Virus record (IMG/VR): IMGVR_UViG_3300027627_000012
Location: 1 to 37,050 of that record
Reading direction: 5' to 3' (one strand)
Length of the DNA: 37,050 nt
Origin: a virus
Taxonomy: Duplodnaviria > Caudoviricetes
Shown here: piece after piece, positions 7,527 through 16,732 of the stretch
Numbering within the stretch: position 1 is the stretch's first letter
Layout: each line of letters starts with the position of its first letter
The notes under the pieces: generated by a model
The model's database searches: none
What the model saw: only the letters and a program-made list of their open reading frames with translations
Told to the model about the DNA's origin: nothing
Made by a program: the position numbers and the translations under genes

Positions 7527-8609
7527 ATGACCAGCGTACATCTTCCGATCAATTTAGTTAGCTTCGGCCAAGTCTCGACCGGTTTGCTCAGAGAACTTTA
7601 TCGAAGAAAAGAAGAGACGCTGATCTCCCTAGTCGAGAGTAATGGGGATTTGTCTTGCCAAAAAGACGACCCCGAATTCAGCAATTGGATAAAACTCGCC
7701 GCGTCTGGCTTCGTAGCCAAGCATAGCCGACAGAATAAAATCTTCAAGCTATGGCATCTGAGCGGGTCTCTCGAGTCTCTTAGTGAGAAGCAAGTGCTTC
7801 TTTCTTTTTATGAGCTTGATAGACCCACCCCAAACGAGATCAACATAGTAAAGAATAATCACAAAGTCCTTTTCTCTAGCCAAGAGACCGTAGACTTGTT
7901 TAAGAGTCTTGGCTGCGATAACGTAGAATATATTCCTCTTTATTTCGACTCGGCTAATTTCGCGCGCTCTGAGAAGAAGTACTTCAGCGATGATCGAATC
8001 GTCTTTAACGTCGCCGGTAAATTAGAGAGAAGAAAGCATCACGTTAAAACCATCCGGTCATGGGTTCGGAAGTTCGGAAATAACCCGAAGTATTCCTTGC
8101 AGTGCGCTATTTATAATAACTTCTTATCTGCGGAACAGAATCAAGGTCTGATCGCCCAAATCCTTGAGGGTAAGAAATATTTTAATGTTAATTTCTTGGG
8201 CTTCATGGGCAAGAATGAAATTTATAACGACTTCCTTAATTCCTCAGACGTAATCATTTCCATGTCTGGCGGAGAAGGCTGGGGTCTTCCGGAGTTTCAA
8301 TCGGTAGCTATGGGCAAGCATTCAGTTACGCTGAACGCCTCGGCATATAAAGGCTGGGCTAACGAAAAGAACTCCGTGATGATTAACCCCTCTGGGAAGA
8401 TTAGTTCTATTGATAATGTGTTTTTCAGAAATGGAGAAGCTTTCAATCAGGGTGATATTTATGATTTTAATGAAGACGAGTTCATTGCTGGTTGCGAAGA
8501 AGCGATAAAGAGAGTCGAGTCCAGCAGAATCAATCGCGAAGGACTGAAGCTTCAGGAAGAGTTTACTGTTGGCAAATTTACGGACAGAGTCCTAGGTTAT
8601 TTGAAATAG
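7527..8609 (+). CDS. GT-B glycosyltransferase (GT4-like)
   Basis: GKLERRK and EGWGLPEFQSVAMGK motifs. Confidence 0.85.
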   Translation: MTSVHLPINLVSFGQVSTGLLRELYRRKEETLISLVESNGDLSCQKDDPEFSNWIKLAASGFVAKHSRQNKIFKLWHLSGSLESLSEKQVLLSFYELDRPTPNEINIVKNNHKVLFSSQETVDLFKSLGCDNVEYIPLYFDSANFARSEKKYFSDDRIVFNVAGKLERRKHHVKTIRSWVRKFGNNPKYSLQCAIYNNFLSAEQNQGLIAQILEGKKYFNVNFLGFMGKNEIYNDFLNSSDVIISMSGGEGWGLPEFQSVAMGKHSVTLNASAYKGWANEKNSVMINPSGKISSIDNVFFRNGEAFNQGDIYDFNEDEFIAGCEEAIKRVESSRINREGLKLQEEFTVGKFTDRVLGYLK

Positions 8610-8610
8610 C

Positions 8611-8952
8611 ATGCCCGTTTATATATTTCAAAACCCAAAGACTGGTCAGGTTAAGGAGATTTTTCAAAACGTCAACGACGTTCACGCTTACTCTGAAAAC
8701 AACCTCGCTTGGCAAAGGGTATTCACCGTTCCATTCGCATCAATCGACACGAAGACAGACGCATTCGACACCAAAGGTTTCGCGGCCAAGTCTATGAATA
8801 AGGCGGGCAATGTTGGGGACATAATTGACGCCGCGAAGGAAGCCAGCGAAAAAAGAGAGAAGATTTCAGGAAAAGACCCAATAAAGCAAGATTTTTTTAA
8901 GAAGTGGAGCGCGAAGAGAAGAGGTAAAAAACATCCCCAAGATCGGGATTGA
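8611..8952 (+). CDS. FmdB-like zinc-ribbon protein lacking cysteines
   Basis: MPVYIFQNPKTG...EIFQ...QRVFT matches the FmdB MPxYxYxCxxCG pattern without the Cys residues. Confidence 0.55.
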   Translation: MPVYIFQNPKTGQVKEIFQNVNDVHAYSENNLAWQRVFTVPFASIDTKTDAFDTKGFAAKSMNKAGNVGDIIDAAKEASEKREKISGKDPIKQDFFKKWSAKRRGKKHPQDRD

Positions 8953-9042
8953 TACACTCTCTTTCTCTCCTTTCAAGAAAAAATCGATCTTTAGTTGTTT
9001 TCCCTTTTCTTTTTCCCCCATTCGTTGTAAAGTATAGAACCT

Positions 9043-11481
9043 ATGAGTAAGACCATCCACGTAAAGAAACGCAACGGACGTCTTGAGAATTTAAACATCA
9101 ACAAGATCAATCTTTGCGTTGAAAGATCTTGCGAAGGGTTAGATAGCGTCTCCGCAAGCGAAGTCGTCTTGGATGCGCACGTTCAACTGTACGATAAAAT
9201 CACCACCTCTGAAATCGACAAGGCTCTCATCATGTCGGCCAGGGCAAAGATTGAGAAGGAGCCAAATTACGCATACGCGGCCGCTCGCCTCCTCCTTTCT
9301 AATATCCTCAAAGAGGCGTTCGGCGAAAGCTGCGACAGAAAAGAGACAGATCACCAGTATCGGTACTTTTTCTCAAAAAATCTCAAAGCTCTAGTTAAAG
9401 AGGGGATCGTCAATCCAAAGCTCCTTGAGTTCGACCTTAAAAAAATCTCAGAAGCCATCGTTCCGGAAAGAGACTTGAAGTTTAAGTATCTTGGCCTTCA
9501 GATTGTTTATGACCGATATCTCCTTCACGTTGAAGGCCGCAGACTTGAAACTCCTCAAGCCTTTTGGATGCGCGTAGCGATGGGCCTGGCCTTGAACGAA
9601 AATAATAAAGAAGAGAAGGCTATCGAATTTTACGACGCAATCTCTCAATTCTTATTGTGCCCAAGTACGCCGACTCTTTTTAATAGCGGGACTATGCACA
9701 GCCAGCTTAGTTCGTGCTATCTTAATACCTTCGATGATTCTATCGACGGAATCTTTGAGGGGTTGTGGCAGGAAGCAAGAAAATCTAAATTCGCTGGTGG
9801 ACTGGGATTTGACGTAACTAACTTCAGAGCTTCGAACGCTTACGTTAAGGGAACTAACGGAAAATCTTCTGGCCTTATTCCATGGCTCAAACTTTACAAC
9901 GACATGTTGATTGCTGTTGATCAAGGCGGCAAAAGGCCTGGAGCAGGTTGCGCTTATCTTGAGGCTTGGCATTTGGATTTGCCAGACTTCCTCGACCTTA
10001 AGAAAAATACCGGCGAGGAGAGGCGCCGTTGCCACGACATGAATACGGCTAATTGGATTCCCGACCTGTTCATGCGCCGAATTCAAGAGGACGGAGATTG
10101 GTATATGTTTTCTCCCAGTGACGTGCGCGACCTTCACGAAATCTATGGAGAAGCTTTCGATAAAGCTTATGTAGCTTACTGCGAGAAGGCAGAGGCGGGA
10201 GAGTTGACCAACTTTAAAAAGGTCAAAGCGAAAGAGCTTTGGAAGAAGATGCTTCGAGCCCTTTTCGAGACGGGCCATCCCTGGATTACATTTAAAGATA
10301 ACGCGAATCTTAGATATTCCAATTCGCACGAAGGGACCGTCCACAGTTCGAATCTCTGTACGGAGATATTCTTGCATACTAAGCCTTCAAAGTTTGATAA
10401 TGGTGAGAAGACCGAGGTTGGAGAAACGGCAGTATGTAACCTTAGCTCTATAAATCTGAAAGAGCATTTGAAGAATGGAAAGCTCGACTACTCATTGATG
10501 GCGAAGACGATTGCCACTCAAATCAGAATGTTGGATAATGTCATCGACCTGAATTTCTATCCAACTAAAGAAGCCGCCAATTCAAATCTAAAGCATAGAC
10601 CAATTGGCGCTGGCTCTATGGGTTGGGCAGATGTATTCTACTCTTCTAAAATCGACTTCTCCTCAGAAGAGGCTGTTCAGTTCTCGGATGAGTTGCAGGA
10701 ATTTATCTCATATCACTGCATTCTCAATTCGAGCCTCCTCGCTAAAGAGAAGGGGTCGTATTCTACCTACGAGGGTTCACTGTGGTCTAAGGATATTCTC
10801 CCCATAGACACGTACCAGAATTTAATGAAATATTTGGGCCAAGACCCCATCAAGTTTAGTGGGGCCAAGTTTGCCCCGAAGGTTGATTGGAGCGTTGTTC
10901 GGAAATTAATCGTGGAGAATGGGGTTCGTAACAGCAATACCATGGCTATCGCTCCCACCGCGACAATTTCTTATATTCAAGGTTGTTCGCCGTGCATTGA
11001 GCCAGACTTCTCGGTTCTTTTCGTTTACGAGAATAAGAGCGGCAATCTAATGATTATCAATGAGTGGTTCGTGAATGAGTGCAAGCAGTTGCGCATTTGG
11101 AATCAGCCGATGGTTGAAATGATTAAGTCCGTGGACGGAGAACTGTCCCTGCTGGGCGGGCTAATCCCAGAAGATCTCAAAAAACGTTACTGCACGGCTT
11201 TTGAAAGAGACCAATTCAAACTCATTGACGCTGCTGCTGCGAGGCAGAAATGGATAGACATGGGGCAAAGCCTTAATCTGTTCAATGGAGCCACCTCTCT
11301 CAAACTCCTTAATGACCTTTATATCCATGCCAGAAATAGAGGACTCAAGGCTACTTATTACCTCCGGAATAAAGCAGCAAGCAAAATCGAAAAATCCGTA
11401 GTAGCTAAACCCAAAAATACCGAAGACAAAGAACCTAAGGCTTGCAGTATCTTAGACCCTAGTTGTGAATCTTGCCAATAA
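9043..11481 (+). CDS. nrdA: Ribonucleotide reductase class I alpha subunit with N-terminal ATP cone
   Basis: VKKRNG ATP cone, PSTPTLFN, SSCYL, SNLCTEI, APTATIS, KATYY, C-terminal CESCQ. Confidence 0.97.
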   Translation: MSKTIHVKKRNGRLENLNINKINLCVERSCEGLDSVSASEVVLDAHVQLYDKITTSEIDKALIMSARAKIEKEPNYAYAAARLLLSNILKEAFGESCDRKETDHQYRYFFSKNLKALVKEGIVNPKLLEFDLKKISEAIVPERDLKFKYLGLQIVYDRYLLHVEGRRLETPQAFWMRVAMGLALNENNKEEKAIEFYDAISQFLLCPSTPTLFNSGTMHSQLSSCYLNTFDDSIDGIFEGLWQEARKSKFAGGLGFDVTNFRASNAYVKGTNGKSSGLIPWLKLYNDMLIAVDQGGKRPGAGCAYLEAWHLDLPDFLDLKKNTGEERRRCHDMNTANWIPDLFMRRIQEDGDWYMFSPSDVRDLHEIYGEAFDKAYVAYCEKAEAGELTNFKKVKAKELWKKMLRALFETGHPWITFKDNANLRYSNSHEGTVHSSNLCTEIFLHTKPSKFDNGEKTEVGETAVCNLSSINLKEHLKNGKLDYSLMAKTIATQIRMLDNVIDLNFYPTKEAANSNLKHRPIGAGSMGWADVFYSSKIDFSSEEAVQFSDELQEFISYHCILNSSLLAKEKGSYSTYEGSLWSKDILPIDTYQNLMKYLGQDPIKFSGAKFAPKVDWSVVRKLIVENGVRNSNTMAIAPTATISYIQGCSPCIEPDFSVLFVYENKSGNLMIINEWFVNECKQLRIWNQPMVEMIKSVDGELSLLGGLIPEDLKKRYCTAFERDQFKLIDAAAARQKWIDMGQSLNLFNGATSLKLLNDLYIHARNRGLKATYYLRNKAASKIEKSVVAKPKNTEDKEPKACSILDPSCESCQ

Positions 11482-11482
11482 T

Positions 11483-12496
11483 ATGAACGCTAAAACCGGA
11501 CTACTTCTCGGAGACGACGTCGCTGGAGTTAATCAAATTCTCCCGCATAAACACCAATTCGCTTGGGACTTATTCCTTAAGGGCGTAGCCAACAATTGGT
11601 CGCCATCAGAGATTAACATGTCCAACGATGTTAAGCAATGGAAAGATGGGAGCCTTACTCCTGACGAAAAGCTTTTAGTCAAGCGGTGCTTGGGGTTCTT
11701 CGCGGGAAGCGAATCTCTCGTAGGTAACAATCTTCTTCTTACCGTCTTCAGATGGGTCAGTGACGCCGAATGCAGGCAATACGTTTTGCGCCAAGCCTAC
11801 GAAGAGTCCCTGCATAACTGGACGGTTGTTACCTGTTGCGACTCCTTCTCGCTCAGAGTCAGCGAGGTCTATGAAGCGTACCTAAGCATCCCCAGCATCA
11901 AAGCCAAGGATGATTTCCTTATGGCTATCACGACTGACGTCAATAGACCCGAGTTCAACACGAAGACTTTGGAGGGAAAAAGAGAGCTTCTCAGAAACCT
12001 CATTTCTTTTTACATCGTATGTGAGGGCACTTTCTTCTTCTCTGGGTTTGCCATGCTTCTTGCCTTGGGCAGACAGAACAAGCTCCCTGGCCTTTCGGAC
12101 CAGATTAGATACACCCTCAGAGACGAGAGCCTCCACATCAAGTTCGGCACGTACCTTATTAATACGATTAAAGACCAATACCCCTCCGTTTGGACCAAGA
12201 GGTTCGAGGAGGAGACGGTGGAACATATCAAGAAGGCTGTGGAGCTCGAAATCGCCTACGCGCATGACGTGCTCCCGCGCGGGATTTTGGGGCTCAACGC
12301 AGAGATGTTTATCGATTATATGAAGTATATTGGTAATCGTCGCTTAGAGTCCATAGGGGTAGAGTTCAGATTCGATAGCGACAAGAACCCGTTCCCTTGG
12401 CTCTCAGAGGTCATCGACATGGGGGCTATGACTAACTTCTTTGAAAGAAAAGTTAAAGATTATCAAAATTCAGGCTCTTTGCAGGACGATTTTTGA
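11483..12496 (+). CDS. nrdB: Ribonucleotide reductase beta subunit, class Ic (R2c)-like
   Basis: SESLV, EESLH, CEGTFF.SGF, RDESLH, NFFE; ATG at 11483 just after the nrdA stop. Confidence 0.95.
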   Translation: MNAKTGLLLGDDVAGVNQILPHKHQFAWDLFLKGVANNWSPSEINMSNDVKQWKDGSLTPDEKLLVKRCLGFFAGSESLVGNNLLLTVFRWVSDAECRQYVLRQAYEESLHNWTVVTCCDSFSLRVSEVYEAYLSIPSIKAKDDFLMAITTDVNRPEFNTKTLEGKRELLRNLISFYIVCEGTFFFSGFAMLLALGRQNKLPGLSDQIRYTLRDESLHIKFGTYLINTIKDQYPSVWTKRFEEETVEHIKKAVELEIAYAHDVLPRGILGLNAEMFIDYMKYIGNRRLESIGVEFRFDSDKNPFPWLSEVIDMGAMTNFFERKVKDYQNSGSLQDDF

Positions 12497-12529
12497 CCAA
12501 GATATTAAATAAAGTGTAAATTAAAGCGT

Positions 12530-12829
12530 ATGGAAAAGAATGATTGGCAAATTATTGTAAATTTTTCCTTTGGCCTGATAACCTTCCTTAGCGGATGGAT
12601 GCTTAAAATCGTGTTTGGCCTAATGGATAGGATGCAGGGAGACTACAAAGACCTAAACAGGTACTCAAAAGAGCAGCACGATAAGCTTTCCCACGACCTT
12701 ACTACTCTCGCTTTGGGCATTCCAGACAAGTACGTCTCCAAGGAAGATCATAATAATCTAGTTAAGGCTGTACACCATCGTTTCGATAGGCTCGAAGAAA
12801 AGATCGATGCGTTGAAAGATTCTAAATAA
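12530..12829 (+). CDS. Small membrane-anchored coiled-coil protein (possibly holin-like)
   Basis: One N-terminal TM segment then heptad-rich tail (YVSKED...RFDRLEEKID). Confidence 0.55.
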   Translation: MEKNDWQIIVNFSFGLITFLSGWMLKIVFGLMDRMQGDYKDLNRYSKEQHDKLSHDLTTLALGIPDKYVSKEDHNNLVKAVHHRFDRLEEKIDALKDSK

Positions 12830-12856
12830 TCCCCTTTCGCAGCTGGTCAAAGCTGC

Positions 12857-13600
12857 ATGAATCTTAAGTTTGGTATAGTTGGTTGCTTCTACGGATGCTC
12901 AGAATACCTCCCAGAAGTTCTCAAGCCTTGGTTTAAACTCAAAGACGAGCTTAATTTCGAAATTACCGCCGTTAATTGCCTTTTCTCTGAGTATTCGGCT
13001 CTTGGGGCCAAAAACGAAGATCACGCCACGAGAGAGATCATAAGTAATCACCCCTTCGATTACACGTTTATCTCTCCAGTCCCGCAGATTGAGCAGGCCG
13101 CCCGAAATTCAGTCCTATCTTATCTTTTATATAAGCAGGTTGATTTTGTATGGATTCTAGACGGGGACGAGTTTTATACCGAGCAAGAGATTCGGAATAT
13201 AGTCAGCTACGTAGAAAAAAATAAAGACAAGTACTGGTTTTCTATCAATTTCAAAAACTACATCCTTGACGGAAAGAAGTGGATCGATGGGTTCAAGCCG
13301 CCAAGAATTTTCAGTAATATCCTCCCGCTGAAGATAGATCAATTCTATCTAGAAAACGACATAGTTTATGCTGGGAATATCGACTACAAGTCTTTGAGTA
13401 CTTTAGACATCCCGAAAGAAGAAGCTCACGTCAAGCACATGACTTGGCTCAACAAAAACGGTAAGAAAAAAATTGAGTATCAAATCAAGCATTACGGCGG
13501 CTGCTCCTATAAATGGAATGAGGAAAAGCAGGAGTTGGAGTTCGATCTCGATTATCACAAAAAATTTAACGTTCCAATCCCAGAAATAAGAGAAGACTAA
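12857..13600 (+). CDS. GT-A fold glycosyltransferase (GT2-like)
   Basis: AARN..L and FVWILDGDEFY DxD motif. Confidence 0.8.
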   Translation: MNLKFGIVGCFYGCSEYLPEVLKPWFKLKDELNFEITAVNCLFSEYSALGAKNEDHATREIISNHPFDYTFISPVPQIEQAARNSVLSYLLYKQVDFVWILDGDEFYTEQEIRNIVSYVEKNKDKYWFSINFKNYILDGKKWIDGFKPPRIFSNILPLKIDQFYLENDIVYAGNIDYKSLSTLDIPKEEAHVKHMTWLNKNGKKKIEYQIKHYGGCSYKWNEEKQELEFDLDYHKKFNVPIPEIRED

Positions 13601-14364
13601 TGAAGCACTCGATTTTAATTCTAGACCACAATAAGAAACAGGAAGCCCTGAACTGCCTCCTCTCCATCAGAGAACTCGCGACTTTCGATAAAAAAATTTA
13701 CTACCTTGCCAACGGAAATTCGGAAGACTATGCCTCTGAGTTTCTTAAGGAAGGGTTGATAGATGTTCTTCTCGTCAACGAGGAGAACAACGGATGTGGC
13801 TTTGGCACGATGCAGCTTTTCCAAAGTTGCGATACCGAATACGCGTTCTACATCCAATGTGACCAGTTTGTCCTTCATGCAATAAACCAATCGGACGCTG
13901 ATTCATTTGTGGATGTTTTACAAAAGAATCCCAAGTTGTCTCATATAGATTTAGCCGGAAATCAAGGTCACGGACAATACAGCGAGCGAGCTCAATTTAT
14001 AAATGTAAAATTTTACAACAGCATTCCCAAGCTCGGCGGAGGCCCCGGCCCATTTCACCATCTGGAATGGACTGAGGAAACGATACAGAAATACGCGAAG
14101 AGCAACGACTTAACTTTTGTAAGCGTTTCTCCGACGATAGTTGCTGACGTTGGTAAGTGGGCGGTAAGACAAAACCCAGATGGGTCAAAATGGAAGCACA
14201 GAACGGACACTAAAGAGTTGTGGATGGTTTCTTCACCTAAAGAAAAGTATGTTTATCCGTATTTTAACGAAGAAGAGTGGAATCAAGTAATAGAGACGGG
14301 GATCTGGGAAGACGGCAGAATCCCAGAGAAGGAGAAGCCTCACAGCTTTAAGCATTGGAAATAA
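13600..14364 (+). CDS. GT-A fold glycosyltransferase-like protein
   Basis: SILIL.HN...CLLSI, NGNSED, ENNGCG, EYAFYIQCD (degenerate DxD). Confidence 0.7.
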   Translation: MKHSILILDHNKKQEALNCLLSIRELATFDKKIYYLANGNSEDYASEFLKEGLIDVLLVNEENNGCGFGTMQLFQSCDTEYAFYIQCDQFVLHAINQSDADSFVDVLQKNPKLSHIDLAGNQGHGQYSERAQFINVKFYNSIPKLGGGPGPFHHLEWTEETIQKYAKSNDLTFVSVSPTIVADVGKWAVRQNPDGSKWKHRTDTKELWMVSSPKEKYVYPYFNEEEWNQVIETGIWEDGRIPEKEKPHSFKHWK

Positions 14365-14367
14365 TTT

Positions 14368-15210
14368 ATGAAAGTATATCTTTGCGGAATCACGCACAAT
14401 CAGAAGAGCAACATCGACGCTTTAACAAAAGACATTTACGAGCATGTCGATGGTTTAATCTTCGTTGACGGCGGATCGACGGATGGAACGAAGCAGCTTT
14501 TAGAAGAAAGAAAAGGCCGTGGAGAAGTCATCTACAGGAAGTGGACGAATGACCACGATTTTCAAATGAACGAGTTTGTGAGGCAGGGCCCTATGAAAAA
14601 TGGGGACTGGTTTATTATGAGGGACTCGATGGAAAGATTTAACTTAGAGTTCGCTAAGAATATAAAGTCTTTCATCAATCAAGTCTCGTCTCAAAAAATC
14701 CGGTCAGTCTATAGCCACGACAAGGGGTTTGCTTTCCAGTACTTTGATGATATGTCTTTTTCGGGTAGTCCCCATTGGGGGCTCCAGAATGCCAGAGGGA
14801 ATGCTATCGACTTAAAGCATTACTATGCTGAAGAGAGAGATTTCGCATACAGACTTAAAGACGGAGAAGAGGGAGGTAGACCACTTCATAATTTTATTGA
14901 TCATTTTGTTAGATATTACTTCGTCTACGCGAGGTCTAACCACCTCCTCCTTGGGAGAGAAGGAAACCAAGAGGAGTTCAGACAAAAGGAACACCAGCGC
15001 CAAGTCTTCAGGCATATCCTTGGCGAAACTGGGATAGAGTATTCGATTAACGGGCTTAAAGAGTGGATGAAGAGCGGAGAATTTAAGAAAGACGAGCTTT
15101 TGCTAAAAATAGTCAATGATGAAAAGATCTTAAATGACTTTTATCGTTGGCACATCCTTTCTCATACTCTCGAAGATATCAAGAGCGGCCCATTATTTAA
15201 GATATGCTAG
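14368..15210 (+). CDS. GT2-like glycosyltransferase
   Basis: IFVDGGSTDGT; DWFIMRDSMER. Confidence 0.75.
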   Translation: MKVYLCGITHNQKSNIDALTKDIYEHVDGLIFVDGGSTDGTKQLLEERKGRGEVIYRKWTNDHDFQMNEFVRQGPMKNGDWFIMRDSMERFNLEFAKNIKSFINQVSSQKIRSVYSHDKGFAFQYFDDMSFSGSPHWGLQNARGNAIDLKHYYAEERDFAYRLKDGEEGGRPLHNFIDHFVRYYFVYARSNHLLLGREGNQEEFRQKEHQRQVFRHILGETGIEYSINGLKEWMKSGEFKKDELLLKIVNDEKILNDFYRWHILSHTLEDIKSGPLFKIC

Positions 15211-16007
15211 AAATATACAATTCAAGCTTCAACCTTTTGAAAGGCAAGTTCGACTTTGAGGACATGCTTGGTAACTTCTGCGCCTTTGCGGATAGGGTTA
15301 CTATAGCTATAAATACCTCCGAAGACGGAACCTTTGAAGCTCTTAGCGAGTGGGGTGCTAAAAATGCCCCCAATAAGCTAAACTTAGTCAATACGGGGTT
15401 TGAATATTCAGACCCAGCCTTTGACGGCAAAATAAAGAATGAGGCCCTACAGGGCTGCAAGGAGGACTACTGCATCCTTTTAGACGCCGACGAGAGGATC
15501 AACCCTAAAGATAGGCCGAAATGGGAGGCTCACGCAGACCTTCTTAGCCGAAACCCTCAGTTTGACGCCCTCCTGATTCCTGTCATAGATCTATGCAAAA
15601 ATCTTTCAAGCTATAAGGATATCGGATCTAAGTGGTATTTGCACAGGAATCATATCGGTATCCAAAGAGGGGTGGTAGATTTTGCTAAATTAGATAACGG
15701 AAAGATAGACATAAAGAAAAGCGACTCGTGCGAAGCTATTTATCAAGATGGGTCTTTGGTAAAAGCTGGGGCAATCCTTAATCCCTCGGCGCCTGGAGTC
15801 CATAAGCTCCAAGCAATAAGAGAAAAGGGCGTCCCCTTTGTTTGGCATACGGGTTGGGTGGACTTAGAGCATCGCCTCCGCATGAACAACTTTTGGAAAC
15901 CCGTTTGGGAGAACAGGGCTGGTAAAGAAGTAAACGACATAATACAGAAGCTAGAAGAGTTAGATAAAATAGAAGTATATCCGCATAATTTGCCACTATG
16001 GAAATGA
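15204..16007 (+). CDS. GT2-like glycosyltransferase
   Basis: SEDGT, KNEAL, DYCILLDADERI. Confidence 0.8.
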   Translation: MLEIYNSSFNLLKGKFDFEDMLGNFCAFADRVTIAINTSEDGTFEALSEWGAKNAPNKLNLVNTGFEYSDPAFDGKIKNEALQGCKEDYCILLDADERINPKDRPKWEAHADLLSRNPQFDALLIPVIDLCKNLSSYKDIGSKWYLHRNHIGIQRGVVDFAKLDNGKIDIKKSDSCEAIYQDGSLVKAGAILNPSAPGVHKLQAIREKGVPFVWHTGWVDLEHRLRMNNFWKPVWENRAGKEVNDIIQKLEELDKIEVYPHNLPLWK

Positions 16008-16732
16008 AACTGCCTTTAAGCCTCGCCTTCTTTACGACGACGAAAGGTCATTACGATAGAAAAGATATCTATAGACGGACGATAAGTGACCTTTTCGAGA
16101 AGCTGGAAGGGGATTGCTTCTCAGTAAAAATTGCTCATATTAAATTATCGGAGGGAGAAGAGGCTATCGCAAAGGAAATGTCCGGGTTCTTCTCTGAGTG
16201 GGGAATAGAGTCTATCATAACGGAGGGCAAATGGAAGCATAACGACAGCTCGCATTACGTCGAGCACGCCAAGGATATCTGCAAGCTTTTTAGCAGTCCG
16301 CAAATTCAAAGTCAACCATTCGTATTTTGGCTAGAAGATGACTTTGTATTTAAACTATCGAAGGACAAAAACTTGCTGAACTACTTTAAAGAGGCTCTCG
16401 CATTCCTATCTTCAAATCCAGACTTAGTTTGCTTCAGATTCTTGAGGCACGCTTCCGACGTGGAGAGGATCTCCGCAGTCAAGACGGGGTTTGATCATAT
16501 CCTAGTCTCCCCAAAGGAGTTTTCCTTTAACCCCAATCTATGCAGGACGAGGGACTTGTATTGGGCTGCCCGAATTATGGAGCGCGAATTCTCTAGAAGC
16601 GGCACTCATATCGAGACATTTTTCCGCATGATAATGCAGTCTGGCAGCAAAACGGGAGACATAGCATGTTTTCATCCGGATTACGTTTGCGTTAAACATA
16701 TTGGGACGCCAATTGGGGAAGAAGAAATATGA
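15998..16732 (+). CDS. GT-A fold glycosyltransferase-like protein
   Basis: FVFWLEDDF, FSFNP.L, C-terminal HIG. Confidence 0.7.
   Translation: MEMKLPLSLAFFTTTKGHYDRKDIYRRTISDLFEKLEGDCFSVKIAHIKLSEGEEAIAKEMSGFFSEWGIESIITEGKWKHNDSSHYVEHAKDICKLFSSPQIQSQPFVFWLEDDFVFKLSKDKNLLNYFKEALAFLSSNPDLVCFRFLRHASDVERISAVKTGFDHILVSPKEFSFNPNLCRTRDLYWAARIMEREFSRSGTHIETFFRMIMQSGSKTGDIACFHPDYVCVKHIGTPIGEEEI

Noticed and set aside
8953-9042. Pyrimidine-rich gap before nrdA as NrdR box or riboswitch
   Set aside because: No NrdR-type palindrome or convincing fold; probably a promoter region.
9652-10377. 241-aa antisense ORF inside nrdA (and similar antisense ORFs elsewhere)
   Set aside because: Fully opposite conserved genes, no motifs; expected codon-bias shadow.
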